From Candidatus Eiseniibacteriota bacterium (GTDB lineage Bacteria > Eisenbacteria > RBG-16-71-46 > CAVPCR01), in the NCBI GenBank assembly GCA_963702435.1, contig CAVPCR010000005.1, forward strand, positions 96,001 to 160,000: 64,000 bases of DNA. The letters run 5' to 3'. Numbering within the stretch: the stretch's first letter is position 1; each line of letters opens with the position of its first letter. The position numbers and the translations under genes are program-made. The notes under the pieces were generated by a model. It saw nothing but the letters and a program-made list of their open reading frames with translations. It made no database searches and was not told where the DNA came from. Positions 50,891 to 60,233 of this stretch are shown here, one piece after another.

Positions 50891-51769
50891 GTGAACGACG
50901 AGAGCGTGCGCCGCATCAAGCGGCAATGGCAGAGCCAGCCCACCGTGGAAGGAGCCGGCGTCCATCTCTATCGCGCCTTCGGCTTCCGGGAGGTGCCGGC
51001 CATCGACCCCTTCCTCCTGCTCGATGACTTCCACTCGGAAAACCCCGCGGAGTACAGGCAGGGCTTCCCGTGGCACCCGCACCGCGGGATCGAGACCATC
51101 ACGTATGTCCTCGACGGCGATGTCGAGCACGGGGACAGCATGGGCAACCAGGGCCTCATCTCCGGCGGCGACGTGCAGTGGATGACGGCGGGAAGCGGCA
51201 TCATCCACCAGGAGATGCCGCAGGGGGACGGCCGCGGGCGCCTGCGCGGATTCCAGCTCTGGGCCAACCTGCCGGCGCGCGACAAGATGATGGATCCGCG
51301 CTATCGCGAGGTGCGTCAGGCCGACATTCCGGCCGTGAAGACCGCTGACGGCGCGACGGTGAAGGTCGTGGCCGGCGAGGTCGCCGGAGTGCGCGGGCCG
51401 GTCCAGGAGATCGTGACGGATCCCCGCTACCTCGACGTGTCGGTGCCCGCCGGGAAGATCTTCACCCTCCCGATCCCGCGGGAGCACACCGCCTTCGCTT
51501 ACGTGTTCGAAGGCGAAGGGTCGTTCGATGCGACGAGCGGGACAGCGCCCGCGGCGGCCGAGGGTTCGTTCATCCTCTATGCACGCGGCGGCGATGCGGT
51601 CCGCGTGCGCACGGAGAGCCGCGCCGTCCGCTTCCTCCTCGTCTCCGGCCGTCCGATCGGCGAACCCGTCGCCTGGTACGGACCGATCGTCATGAACACA
51701 CAGGAGGAGCTGCGCATTGCTTTCGCGGAGTACGAACAGGGCACCTTCGTCAAGACGCGGGAGAAGTAG
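50891..51769 (+). CDS. Pirin-family protein
   Basis: DPFLLLD; GFPWHPHRGIETITY; QWMTAGSGIIHQEMP; GPIVMNT. Confidence 0.95.
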   Translation: MNDESVRRIKRQWQSQPTVEGAGVHLYRAFGFREVPAIDPFLLLDDFHSENPAEYRQGFPWHPHRGIETITYVLDGDVEHGDSMGNQGLISGGDVQWMTAGSGIIHQEMPQGDGRGRLRGFQLWANLPARDKMMDPRYREVRQADIPAVKTADGATVKVVAGEVAGVRGPVQEIVTDPRYLDVSVPAGKIFTLPIPREHTAFAYVFEGEGSFDATSGTAPAAAEGSFILYARGGDAVRVRTESRAVRFLLVSGRPIGEPVAWYGPIVMNTQEELRIAFAEYEQGTFVKTREK

Positions 51770-51787
51770 AGCCGATCGTGCGGCGCC

Positions 51788-54037
51788 TCAGTCTGTGCGC
51801 ACGACCTTGACGGCGGCGCGGTGTCCGCCGCGCTCGAGCGACAGGAAGTAGACGCCCCGCGCCGCGGTGCGCCCCCGCGTCGTCCCGTCCCACGCTGCCT
51901 GCCAGCGCGACGGTCCAGAAGCCGTGATCGCGAGCGGGGCGACCCGGCGACCGCCGGCGTCGAAGACCGCGCCCTCCGGCGGCGTGGCCGCGTCGGCCGC
52001 ACGGGTCGCATCGACGGCGAGGACGATCGCCCCGCGCGCAACGAGCGGGGTGAGCGCGCGCAGGGACGCCCCGGGCCCGAGATCGCCCGCAGCCCACGAC
52101 GCACCCCCGGCGCCCGATCCCTCGGCCACCGCCGACGACCCGGCAAACTCCGCGACGAGGATCACGCTCGCCGCTCCCGCCGTCACGAAGCCCGTTTCGG
52201 TCGCCACGACGCGTTCCGGCCCCTCGGTCCACGGGAGGTCGATCGGCGCCCAGGTCACGCCGCCGTCCGTCGTCCGCCAGACGACCGGATCGAGGACGCT
52301 GCAGGCATAGCCGACCGCTTGGTCGCGGAAGCTCAGATCGAGGTTCCCCTCGGCGTTGACGCGCGTCCAGGTCGCGCCGCCGTTCGTCGTCCGGTGGATG
52401 CCCGCGAAGCTTGTGACGAGCCCGGTCGCAGCGTCGAACCAGTGCATGCCGCGGATCGGGTCCGAGATGAGTCCGACCTGGCCCACCGGCGTCCAGTTCG
52501 CCCCACCGTTGGTCGTCCGGTAGATCGCCGCACCGGAGCTGCCGCCGGCGACATAGCCCGTCAGCGCGTCGACGAAATCGATCGCGTCGAGACGCACCGC
52601 GGCCGAGAGACCGGTGCTCGCCGGGAACCATGTCGCCCCGGCGTCGGTCGACGCATAGACGTAGTTCACGTTGGTCCCGCCGTAGAGCGCGGCGTAGCAG
52701 CGCGTGGCGCTCCCGAAGTCGATGTCCACGGCGCTCCCCACGTAGTTCGGCGCGAGCGACTGCGTGGTCCAGGTTGTACCGCCATCCGTCGTGCGCGAGA
52801 CCCAGCTCGCGCCCGCCGTTCCATAGCCGCCGACGAGCCCGACCTGGTCGCCGGAGAAGGCGAAGACCTGCGGCACCGGGATCGCCGGCGCGCTCGGCAT
52901 CGGCTGCCAGCTCGCGCCACCGTCCGTGCTTTCGAGGTAGGCCACGCCGGCACCGACGCGCACGTCGCCGCCGGCAAGACCCTTGCCCCCGGGCAGGAAG
53001 ATGAGCGCCTCGAGCACGGCGCGCTCGCCGTCCCCGGGCGACTCCGTGAAGTTCGCCCACGTCGCGCCCTCGTCCATGCTCCGGAGGAGGTCGCCGTCCG
53101 TGCTCACGGCGACGAGGGCGCCGCCCGCAAGGCGCTCGATATCCGTGTAGCCGCGCGTCGAATCACGCCGATAGAGTCGCGTCCAGTGGAGGCCGTCGTC
53201 CTCGGTTCGCCAGATATCGGCCCCTTCTGCCTCGGTGACGACGAGGCGGCGGTTCACATCGAGGATGACCGCCTCCTCCTGATAGATCGGGCTCGAGCCG
53301 AGGGAGCCGTGCCGCGGGAACCACGAGGCGCCGCCGTCGGTCGTCCGGTAGGTGGTGAAGTCGAGGCAGATCCAGCCGTTCTGCGCATCGAGGAACTTAA
53401 CGTCCCCGGGGAACGAGTGGTCCTCGCTCGTGCCGGGCACCGCGGTCCAGGTGGCGCCGCCGTCGGTGGTCTGGCGGAGGAGGAACGGTCCGACCACATA
53501 GCCGTGGCTCGACGTCCGCCAGGCGTGGTCGACGATATCCCAGCTCGGTCCCGGGTTCCCGAGGAGCTGCCAGGTCGCGCCGTCATCGGTGGAGCGGAGC
53601 ACTTGACCGTTATCCCCCACGGCGGAGAGGGTCGCGCCGCTCACGCGGACCAGCGAGCGAAGAGCTCCGTGCGATGGATTGGCGACCGGGGCGAAGGTCG
53701 CCCCGCTGTCGGTGGACCTGAAGATGCCGGGCGCGCCGCCGACAGCGAGGACCGCGCCGGGAGCGATCACGAGCACGTCGTGAAGATCGGTCGAGAACGC
53801 CGTCAGGTCCGTGCGATCCACCCAGGTCATGCCGCCGTCGCTCGTCGTGAGGTGGGTCCCGAGGAGACCGACGGCACAGCCGATCTGGCTGTCCTCGAAA
53901 GCGACGCCTTCGAGCCCGTTCCCTTGCGGATGCGGATTGCCCCAGATGAAGGTCGGGGGCTCGGCGGCACCGCTTGCCGCGCCGAGGAGGAAGACGAGGC
54001 CGACGAGAAACGGGAACGCGCGGGGTGACGAGAGCAT
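51788..54037 (-). CDS. YCF48/BNR (Asp-box) repeat secreted protein with CTD-like tail
   Basis: Many T[TS]DGGxTW repeats; signal peptide; WDG...GVYFLSL. Confidence 0.88.
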   Translation of the reverse strand: MLSSPRAFPFLVGLVFLLGAASGAAEPPTFIWGNPHPQGNGLEGVAFEDSQIGCAVGLLGTHLTTSDGGMTWVDRTDLTAFSTDLHDVLVIAPGAVLAVGGAPGIFRSTDSGATFAPVANPSHGALRSLVRVSGATLSAVGDNGQVLRSTDDGATWQLLGNPGPSWDIVDHAWRTSSHGYVVGPFLLRQTTDGGATWTAVPGTSEDHSFPGDVKFLDAQNGWICLDFTTYRTTDGGASWFPRHGSLGSSPIYQEEAVILDVNRRLVVTEAEGADIWRTEDDGLHWTRLYRRDSTRGYTDIERLAGGALVAVSTDGDLLRSMDEGATWANFTESPGDGERAVLEALIFLPGGKGLAGGDVRVGAGVAYLESTDGGASWQPMPSAPAIPVPQVFAFSGDQVGLVGGYGTAGASWVSRTTDGGTTWTTQSLAPNYVGSAVDIDFGSATRCYAALYGGTNVNYVYASTDAGATWFPASTGLSAAVRLDAIDFVDALTGYVAGGSSGAAIYRTTNGGANWTPVGQVGLISDPIRGMHWFDAATGLVTSFAGIHRTTNGGATWTRVNAEGNLDLSFRDQAVGYACSVLDPVVWRTTDGGVTWAPIDLPWTEGPERVVATETGFVTAGAASVILVAEFAGSSAVAEGSGAGGASWAAGDLGPGASLRALTPLVARGAIVLAVDATRAADAATPPEGAVFDAGGRRVAPLAITASGPSRWQAAWDGTTRGRTAARGVYFLSLERGGHRAAVKVVRTD

Positions 54038-54093
54038 GGTGGTGAGCCTCCGGGACGGGTGCGACGCGCGACGTGACTGCGGCGTGTGGCTAG

Positions 54094-54122
54094 ATTGTAG
54101 ATTGCGCGCGGCGGACGGACAA
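54094..54122 (-). promoter_or_regulatory. Sigma-70 promoter of the YCF48 gene
   Basis: TTGTCC-N17-TACAAT. Confidence 0.55.
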
Positions 54123-54134
54123 GGGTCGGCCGCT

Positions 54135-54524
54135 TCAGGATCGGCGTGTTCGCGGCGCGGGGCGGGGCGCGGAGTTCCGAGACGACCGGCGGGGTGCATA
54201 GCGATAGCGTGCGAGCGCCACGCGCCCCGCCGGATCGAACTCGATGCCTTCCTTCTCGAGCAGAAACTGCTGGGCGAGACCGCCGCCGGGTTCGGAACGC
54301 TCGAGACTCAGGCGGCCCTGGGCATTCAGTATGCGGTGCCACGGCACGGTCGAACCCGTCGGCAGCGCATGGAGCGCATAGCCGACGAGGCGGGCCTGAC
54401 CAGGGAAGCCGGCGAGCGCGGCGATGTCGCCGTACGTCGCTACCCGCCCGCGCGGCACCCGGCGCACCGCCGCGTGGATACGCCGGTGGGTTTCACTCAG
54501 CGGCCGGCCGCCCGCGCTCGCCAC
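54135..54524 (-). CDS. Alkyltransferase-like (ATL/YbaZ, MGMT-family) protein, copy A
   Basis: VPRGRVATYGDIA; ARLVG; VPWHRILN (Trp in place of the catalytic Cys); LEKEG. Confidence 0.9.
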   Translation of the reverse strand: MASAGGRPLSETHRRIHAAVRRVPRGRVATYGDIAALAGFPGQARLVGYALHALPTGSTVPWHRILNAQGRLSLERSEPGGGLAQQFLLEKEGIEFDPAGRVALARYRYAPRRSSRNSAPRPAPRTRRS

Positions 54525-54538
54525 CGCCTACGCGCCGT

Positions 54539-55252
54539 CTACCTGAAAAGCGTCTTCAGGGCGCCCCAGGTCCGATCCTCGACCGCCGTCGCGCAGTTCG
54601 TGTCGCTCGTGTCGTAGAGATCGTCCCCGTCGTTGTCGAGTCCCTGCGCAGCCCCGGCGAAGTTCTCACTCCCGTTTCCGTTGCACGACTGGGTCGGCAT
54701 CGCGGGGTGCCCCGTGCCCGGGCTCGCATAGTACGGCGGCAGGACGTTCTCGCCGACCGGAGTGTAGTTGGCCGGATTGGCGTCCAGGTGGCAGTTGCTG
54801 CAGACCGTCGCGCCCGCGTTCTGGTGATGCTGGCGCAGCCCCGCTCCGTAACCGGAGCGCCCGGCGCCGACCTCGGGATTCCCGGCAACATTATCCTCGG
54901 AACGGCCGTGACAGCCCATGCAACCGATGGCCTCGAGCCCCGTCCCACCGTTCGACTCATCGAGGATCACAGGAAACGTGTCGGCGCCGTGGCACGCGTC
55001 GCAATCGCCGCCCAGCATGGTGGTGCGGTGTACGTTGTGCAGGTTACCCCAGTTCTGGCCGTCCACTGGCGAGACATACGCGGTCGCCCGGAAGTCACCG
55101 TGGCACGAACCGCAGTTCGAGGAGTCCCCGCCATAGGTCGTGTAGGCGGTGCCGGAACGACTCGATGCGAGAAGCGCGATGAGCGCCAGGAAGCAAGCAG
55201 CGATGATGCCGCTCGATATCCAGCGTCCCCGGGCAGTGATCACCTTTTCCAT
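54539..55252 (-). CDS. Secreted tetraheme c-type cytochrome, copy A, with TWG C-terminus
   Basis: CGSCH, CDACH, CMGCH, CSNCH; signal peptide; GLDNDGDDLYD; AVEDRTWGALKTLFR. Confidence 0.85.
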   Translation of the reverse strand: MEKVITARGRWISSGIIAACFLALIALLASSRSGTAYTTYGGDSSNCGSCHGDFRATAYVSPVDGQNWGNLHNVHRTTMLGGDCDACHGADTFPVILDESNGGTGLEAIGCMGCHGRSEDNVAGNPEVGAGRSGYGAGLRQHHQNAGATVCSNCHLDANPANYTPVGENVLPPYYASPGTGHPAMPTQSCNGNGSENFAGAAQGLDNDGDDLYDTSDTNCATAVEDRTWGALKTLFR

Positions 55253-55323
55253 TTGACGCCACCTCCCTGTAGCCATGGAAACAAGGCAGGACCGGACCGA
55301 GTAGGCCCTTGTCAGCCGGGGGC

Positions 55324-55352
55324 AGACTAGCAGGCCGGATGACCGAAGGCAA
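55324..55352 (-). promoter_or_regulatory. Sigma-70-type promoter of cytochrome copy A
   Basis: TTGCCT-N17-TAGTCT with extended TG; conserved in copy B. Confidence 0.5.
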
Positions 55353-55803
55353 CGGCGGGCCGGCGGGCGCTCGGACGCCGTGCCGAGTTCGCTTCAATCG
55401 AGAAGGACGAGCTTCCGCGCCGCGGCGTAGACGGGCGCGCGGGGCGAGGCGCGGGGCTGGGTGCTGAGCGGGGCGCGTACCGATAGCGCGCGAGCGACAA
55501 GCGCCCCGCCGGATCGAACTCGACGCCTTCCTTCTCGAGCAGGAACCGCTGGGCGAGACCGCCGCCGGGTTCGGAGCGCTCGAGGCTCAGGCGCCCCTCC
55601 GCATTCAGGATGCGGTGCCATGGCACGGTCGACCCCGCCGGCAACGCATGGAGCGCGTAGCCAACGAGCCGGGCCTGACCAGGGAAGCCGGCGAGCGCGG
55701 CGATGTCGCCGTACGTCGCTACCCGCCCGCGCGGCACCCGGCGCACCGCCGCGTGGATACGCCGGTGGGTATCACTCAGCGGCCGGTCGCCCGCGCTCGC
55801 CAC
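55327..55803 (-). CDS. Alkyltransferase-like protein, copy B, with read-through junction tail
   Basis: Same motifs as copy A; diverges after RYRYAPR. Confidence 0.88.
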   Translation of the reverse strand: MASAGDRPLSDTHRRIHAAVRRVPRGRVATYGDIAALAGFPGQARLVGYALHALPAGSTVPWHRILNAEGRLSLERSEPGGGLAQRFLLEKEGVEFDPAGRLSLARYRYAPRSAPSPAPRPARPSTPRRGSSSFSIEANSARRPSARRPAVAFGHPAC

Positions 55804-55817
55804 CGCCTACGCGCCGT

Positions 55818-56540
55818 CTACCTGAAGAGCGTCTTCAGGGCGCCCCAGGTCCGATCCTCGACCGGCGTCGCGCAGTCCGCATCGAACGTATCGCGGAGAT
55901 TGTCGCCGTCGTTGTTGAGTCCCTGCGTGGCCCCGGCGAAGTTCTCGCTCCCGTTCCCGTTGCACGATTGGGTCGGCATTGCGGGGTGCCCAGTGCCCGG
56001 GCTCGCGTAGTACGGCGGCAGGACGTTCTCGCCGACCGGAGTGTAGTTGGCCGGATTGGCGTCCAGGTGGCAGTCTGCGCAGACCGTCGCGCCCGCGACC
56101 TGGTGATGCTGGCGCAGCCCCGCTCCGTAACCGGAGCGCCCGGCGCCGACCTCGGGATTTCCGGCAACATTATCCTCGGAACGGCCGTGACAGCCGACGC
56201 AGCCGATCGTGAGCAGACCGGTACCTCCAGCGGACTGGCTCAGCAGCACGGGAAAGGTATCGGCGCCGTGGCAGGCATCGCAGTCACCGTTCAGCATGTT
56301 GGTGCGGTGTACGTTGTGCAGGTTACCCCAGTTCTGGCCGTCCACTGGCGAGACATACGCGGACGCCCGGAAGTCGCCATGGCACGCGCCGCAGTTCGTG
56401 GCGTCGCCTCCGTTCTGCGAGTACTGGGTGTACGCGTTGCCGGACCGACTCGAGGCGAGAAGCGCGATCGCGGCGCACAAGCAAGCGATGAGAATTCGGC
56501 GAGACATGAAGCGTCCCCGAGCAGTGATCAGCTTGTCCAT
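55818..56540 (-). CDS. Secreted tetraheme c-type cytochrome, copy B, with TWG C-terminus
   Basis: CGACH, CDACH, CVGCH, CADCH; PVEDRTWGALKTLFR. Confidence 0.85.
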   Translation of the reverse strand: MDKLITARGRFMSRRILIACLCAAIALLASSRSGNAYTQYSQNGGDATNCGACHGDFRASAYVSPVDGQNWGNLHNVHRTNMLNGDCDACHGADTFPVLLSQSAGGTGLLTIGCVGCHGRSEDNVAGNPEVGAGRSGYGAGLRQHHQVAGATVCADCHLDANPANYTPVGENVLPPYYASPGTGHPAMPTQSCNGNGSENFAGATQGLNNDGDNLRDTFDADCATPVEDRTWGALKTLFR

Positions 56541-56608
56541 CAGACGCTACCTCCCTGTAGCCATGGAACGAACACGCGACCGTGGCCAGACCATTCCCAG
56601 CCGGGGGC

Positions 56609-56638
56609 AGGGTAGCAGGCGGTTACCGCCGACGGCAA
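56609..56638 (-). promoter_or_regulatory. Sigma-70-type promoter of cytochrome copy B
   Basis: TTGCCG-N18-TACCCT with extended TG. Confidence 0.5.
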
Positions 56639-56680
56639 CCGGGGCCCGGGCGGACGCGGCGGTCCCGCGCGGAACCTGCC

Positions 56681-59600
56681 TCACTCCAGAACGACGAGCT
56701 TCCGCGCGGCGACGTAGCCCGGCGCGCGGAGCTCGTAGAGGTACACCCCGCGCCCGACCGCTCGACCGGCATCGTTCCGGCCGTCCCACACGACCGCGCG
56801 CCCGCCGGCAATCGGCTCCTGCTCCTCGTCCACGAGCGTCCGCACGAGGCGCCCGCTCACGTCGCAGATGCGGAGGGTGACCCGTCCGCGCGTCGCGATC
56901 GAGTAGCGGATCGCGGTCCCCCGCCGCGACACCGGATTGGGCGCCACCGCGGCGAGCGCGTTCACGAGGCGCGGCGATGCCTCGGGCCCGACCCCGATCG
57001 GCCCCGCGTTCACCGGCTGCCCGGCCCACTGGAAGAGATCGATCAGGAGCTCCGCGTTCGCGCCGTTCACGACGAAGTTGTCGAACAGGCACTGCTCGAC
57101 GCAGTCGAGCGGCAGGAGCTCGGCGAAGGCGAAGCTCATCGTCACCGACTTCTCGCACGAGTGATTCGGGTTCGTCTTCCGCACGACCGCCTGCCAGGCG
57201 GGGCGCGCGACATCGTCCGCGCAGTTCACGGGGTCGTGGCCGTCCTCGAGCGACTCGACGAAGTGGGCAACCGGCTCGCCCGAGTTGATCGCGCCGAGGA
57301 CGTTCAAGTCGACGTCATCGGGGCAACCCGATCCGAACGCCTCGCCCGCGAAGTCGGGTGCAAGCGCGGTCCCGGCGAGCCGCGCGCAGCGGCGGAGGTC
57401 GTTCGCAGCGAGTTGCTGAGCGTAGTCGCGCGCAAGCACATCCACACCGCGGTTGGCGAGGAAGGAGGGCCCATTGGTGGTGTTCTGGTCGATGTCGGCG
57501 GCCCAGCCCGTGCCCTCGACGAGAAGGAGCCGCGGGTTCCCCTCGCTGCAACCCGCGAGCCACGTCTCGAGCTTCTGCTGGTCCATGGATGGCTGGCCGC
57601 CGAAGAGGGAGAGCGTGCGGCGGTCGCTCAGCGTGCGATGGTCGCTGAGACCCGCCGTGTACCAGATGCAGTCGTACCCGGCCAGCATGAGGTCGGTGGC
57701 CCCGTTGTGCGGCGGTCGCGGCTGCTGGGTCGGCCGATCCTCCCGCCGGCCGATCCCGTCGTAGCATTCCGAGTAATTCGTCGCCACGACATCGTAGACG
57801 TCGAAGCCGAGGCCGAGACTCGAGAGCGTCGCGACGAGGCGCTCGCGTTCCACCGTCGCCCGCCCCGGCACGCTCTGTGTGGCGTAGTCGCTGACGACGA
57901 GCATGCTGTGCGCATATGCCCCGCTGCAGTCCGGTGCGAGCGACGGCAAGACGTTCGACTGGAGCCAGAGTCCCTTGCTGCTTGGCTCCGTTGTGATCGG
58001 CTGCCGTCCGCGCCCGAACGGGAATGTCCCGAGGACCTGACTCGATACCGCATCCCGCGCCTCGAAGAAGTAGTAGACAGTCGTCCCCGGAGTGAAGAGG
58101 CCGTCGGGCAGTATGTCGTCGCAGGGCTCGTTCCCCGGCGGGGCGCCGGTCCAGTGGGTCCCGTTCCCGGCGTCCGCATCGTGGAAGCAGGTCATGTACC
58201 CGCCCGGCAAGCCCCCACCGTACCAGCGCGCCGTGTCCATCCGCGCCTCGTGCCAGAGGAGAGCATCGGGAAAGCTCCCGGGCGCCGACGGGGGGAAGGC
58301 GGCGAAGAACGGGTGCATGAGATTCGGCTGGCAGGCCCCGCGCTCCACGGCGAAGCGGAGGAAGACCGCTGCGTTCGGGGCTTGAACCTCGACTCCGGCC
58401 GTGTCGGGACGCACCCAGCGGGGGGGATTCTCGGGCCCGCCGAACACCGGGGTGTACGCCCCGTCCATCCGGGCCGTGGCGGAGAGCGGGAATCCCGTGT
58501 TCGAGGTCGGGAAGCTGTCCGCGTAGCGCTGGTAGGTCTGCGCCCGCAGCTCTGTGCTCGAGTCGTAGACGCCGAAGCGCATGTTGTCGATGAAGGGACC
58601 GCTGGCATCGCTCGGGTTGCACGACCCGCCGATGCATTGCGAGTACATGCCCACCGCGAGGATCACGGAGTCCGCCGTCGCCGGCAGGTAAGAAGACATG
58701 TCATGGAGGAGATCCTGCTGGCAGCGCGCCCCGGCCCCCAGCGCGAAGGACTGGCAGCTTGTCGCGGAGACGCTCGACCAGTTGAAGATCGCGCCCGCTC
58801 CGGGCGAGCCGGGCGGCGGAGCGTAAGGGCAGTGATTGGCGTCGACCGGCCAGTAGTGGAAGCAGACGACGAACATGGCATCGAAGAGCCCGCTGCCGCC
58901 GTCGGCATACACATCGCCGAGGAAGAGCCGGCCTACATCGCCGTCGAGGTCGGGATGCGCACCACCACCGATTGCGAAGGGCGGAGAGACGGCGGCGGTT
59001 TTCGCCACGTGCGCCGCGCATTCGTCCTGATCGGCGAAGAGGAGAACGTTACCCTCGATCGCACAGGCCTCAGGGCAGGGGACGACCGGCGGACAGGCGA
59101 TGGCGGAGAGCGGCGCGATGCGCCCCGCGGGCCGGAGTGGATCGCCGGTCAGGACGACGTCCTGCCCCTCGCAGCGCCGGGGCTCCCAGCCGCTCATGCC
59201 CGTCTCGAAGTCGGCCCGGTCGATCGGCATGCCGTTCGCCCGGACCGCGATCTCATCCACCTGCCAGGCAAAGAGAAAGGCCCGGCCCGCGGACTCGTCG
59301 GAGACGAGATCATCGGTGGCCAGCCGGAGCCGGACCCAGAGATCCCCTTCGCCGCCAGGCCAGGGGCCGAGGGTCGCCGAGCCCGGTCCCCCAAGCGGCC
59401 CCGGCTCGGGCGCGACGAGCGTCCCGCCGGTCCAGATCCCGTTCCCGTTGGCTACCGTCCCGACCTGCTCCCACCGCACGCCGTCCGCCGAGATCTCGAC
59501 CCAGCACGTATCGTGGCTCTGCTCGACCGCGTAGCGATGGAAGAACGTGAGATCGAGCAGCGCGTTGGGTGCGGGCGGCATGAACTCCCCGGGGCCCGGC

Positions 59601-60199
59601 GCGTTCCGGAAGCGGAACTGCTTCGCGACCGCCTGCGACCAGCCGTCGCCGTATCCCGCGGTTCCCCCCCAGCCGCAGTGCTCCGGGTTCAGGTGGAGGT
59701 TCGTCCCGATCCACACCGACCAGCCGCCGGCGAGCGGGTCGGGGCCGTCGTTCGCCCCGTTGTTGGCGTGCGTCGTCGCCCGGTGCGCGAAGGCGCCTCC
59801 ATCGAAGTCGAAGTCGTACGTGCCGTCGGTTCGCCAGTGTCCCGTACCGAGCGCCGAAGGACCGTCGCCATGTGTCGTCAGGTCTGCGAACGTCCACCCG
59901 TCGCGGTACTGGTTCCCGACCGGATCCCCATCCAGGAAGAACTCTGGCGCCTCGCCCGAGTCGGCCTCCCAGTTCCACACGCCGCCGCGGACGACAGCCC
60001 CGTTGCCGAAACCGCTCCCGCCGAACCACACCGTGTCGGCATGGGCGTCGAGCCACCCCGGGTCGTGTGCTGCGAGCGCCTCGCGGTCCGCTGCCCCGTC
60101 ATAGGGTTGTGGAACGAGCGGCACGGCGCCCGCCGGCGCAGCGGCCAGAAGAAAGGAGAGAGCGGCAAGAGGCACGGCACGGCAGTTCCATGTGGCCAT
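56681..60199 (-). CDS. Large Cys-rich secreted protein with FlgD-Ig/CTD, paralog 1
   Basis: GGAGG RBS; signal peptide; YAVE..DTCWVEISADG beta-sandwich; APNP...WDGRNDAGRAVGRGVYLYEL. Confidence 0.85.
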   Translation of the reverse strand: MATWNCRAVPLAALSFLLAAAPAGAVPLVPQPYDGAADREALAAHDPGWLDAHADTVWFGGSGFGNGAVVRGGVWNWEADSGEAPEFFLDGDPVGNQYRDGWTFADLTTHGDGPSALGTGHWRTDGTYDFDFDGGAFAHRATTHANNGANDGPDPLAGGWSVWIGTNLHLNPEHCGWGGTAGYGDGWSQAVAKQFRFRNAPGPGEFMPPAPNALLDLTFFHRYAVEQSHDTCWVEISADGVRWEQVGTVANGNGIWTGGTLVAPEPGPLGGPGSATLGPWPGGEGDLWVRLRLATDDLVSDESAGRAFLFAWQVDEIAVRANGMPIDRADFETGMSGWEPRRCEGQDVVLTGDPLRPAGRIAPLSAIACPPVVPCPEACAIEGNVLLFADQDECAAHVAKTAAVSPPFAIGGGAHPDLDGDVGRLFLGDVYADGGSGLFDAMFVVCFHYWPVDANHCPYAPPPGSPGAGAIFNWSSVSATSCQSFALGAGARCQQDLLHDMSSYLPATADSVILAVGMYSQCIGGSCNPSDASGPFIDNMRFGVYDSSTELRAQTYQRYADSFPTSNTGFPLSATARMDGAYTPVFGGPENPPRWVRPDTAGVEVQAPNAAVFLRFAVERGACQPNLMHPFFAAFPPSAPGSFPDALLWHEARMDTARWYGGGLPGGYMTCFHDADAGNGTHWTGAPPGNEPCDDILPDGLFTPGTTVYYFFEARDAVSSQVLGTFPFGRGRQPITTEPSSKGLWLQSNVLPSLAPDCSGAYAHSMLVVSDYATQSVPGRATVERERLVATLSSLGLGFDVYDVVATNYSECYDGIGRREDRPTQQPRPPHNGATDLMLAGYDCIWYTAGLSDHRTLSDRRTLSLFGGQPSMDQQKLETWLAGCSEGNPRLLLVEGTGWAADIDQNTTNGPSFLANRGVDVLARDYAQQLAANDLRRCARLAGTALAPDFAGEAFGSGCPDDVDLNVLGAINSGEPVAHFVESLEDGHDPVNCADDVARPAWQAVVRKTNPNHSCEKSVTMSFAFAELLPLDCVEQCLFDNFVVNGANAELLIDLFQWAGQPVNAGPIGVGPEASPRLVNALAAVAPNPVSRRGTAIRYSIATRGRVTLRICDVSGRLVRTLVDEEQEPIAGGRAVVWDGRNDAGRAVGRGVYLYELRAPGYVAARKLVVLE

Positions 60200-60233
60200 G
60201 GCAGCCTCCACTGTGACCTGGCCCATGTCGTCC

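Larger units (their letters stand above)
54190..56730 (-). repeat. Tandem duplication of a ~1.28-kb unit (gene tail, promoter, cytochrome, ATL)
   Basis: Near-identical sequence at an offset of ~1279-1288 bp (e.g. 54539 vs 55818). Confidence 0.92.

Noticed and set aside
54135..55803. Active O6-methylguanine methyltransferase (ogt/ada)
   Set aside because: The active-site motif is PWHR, not PCHR
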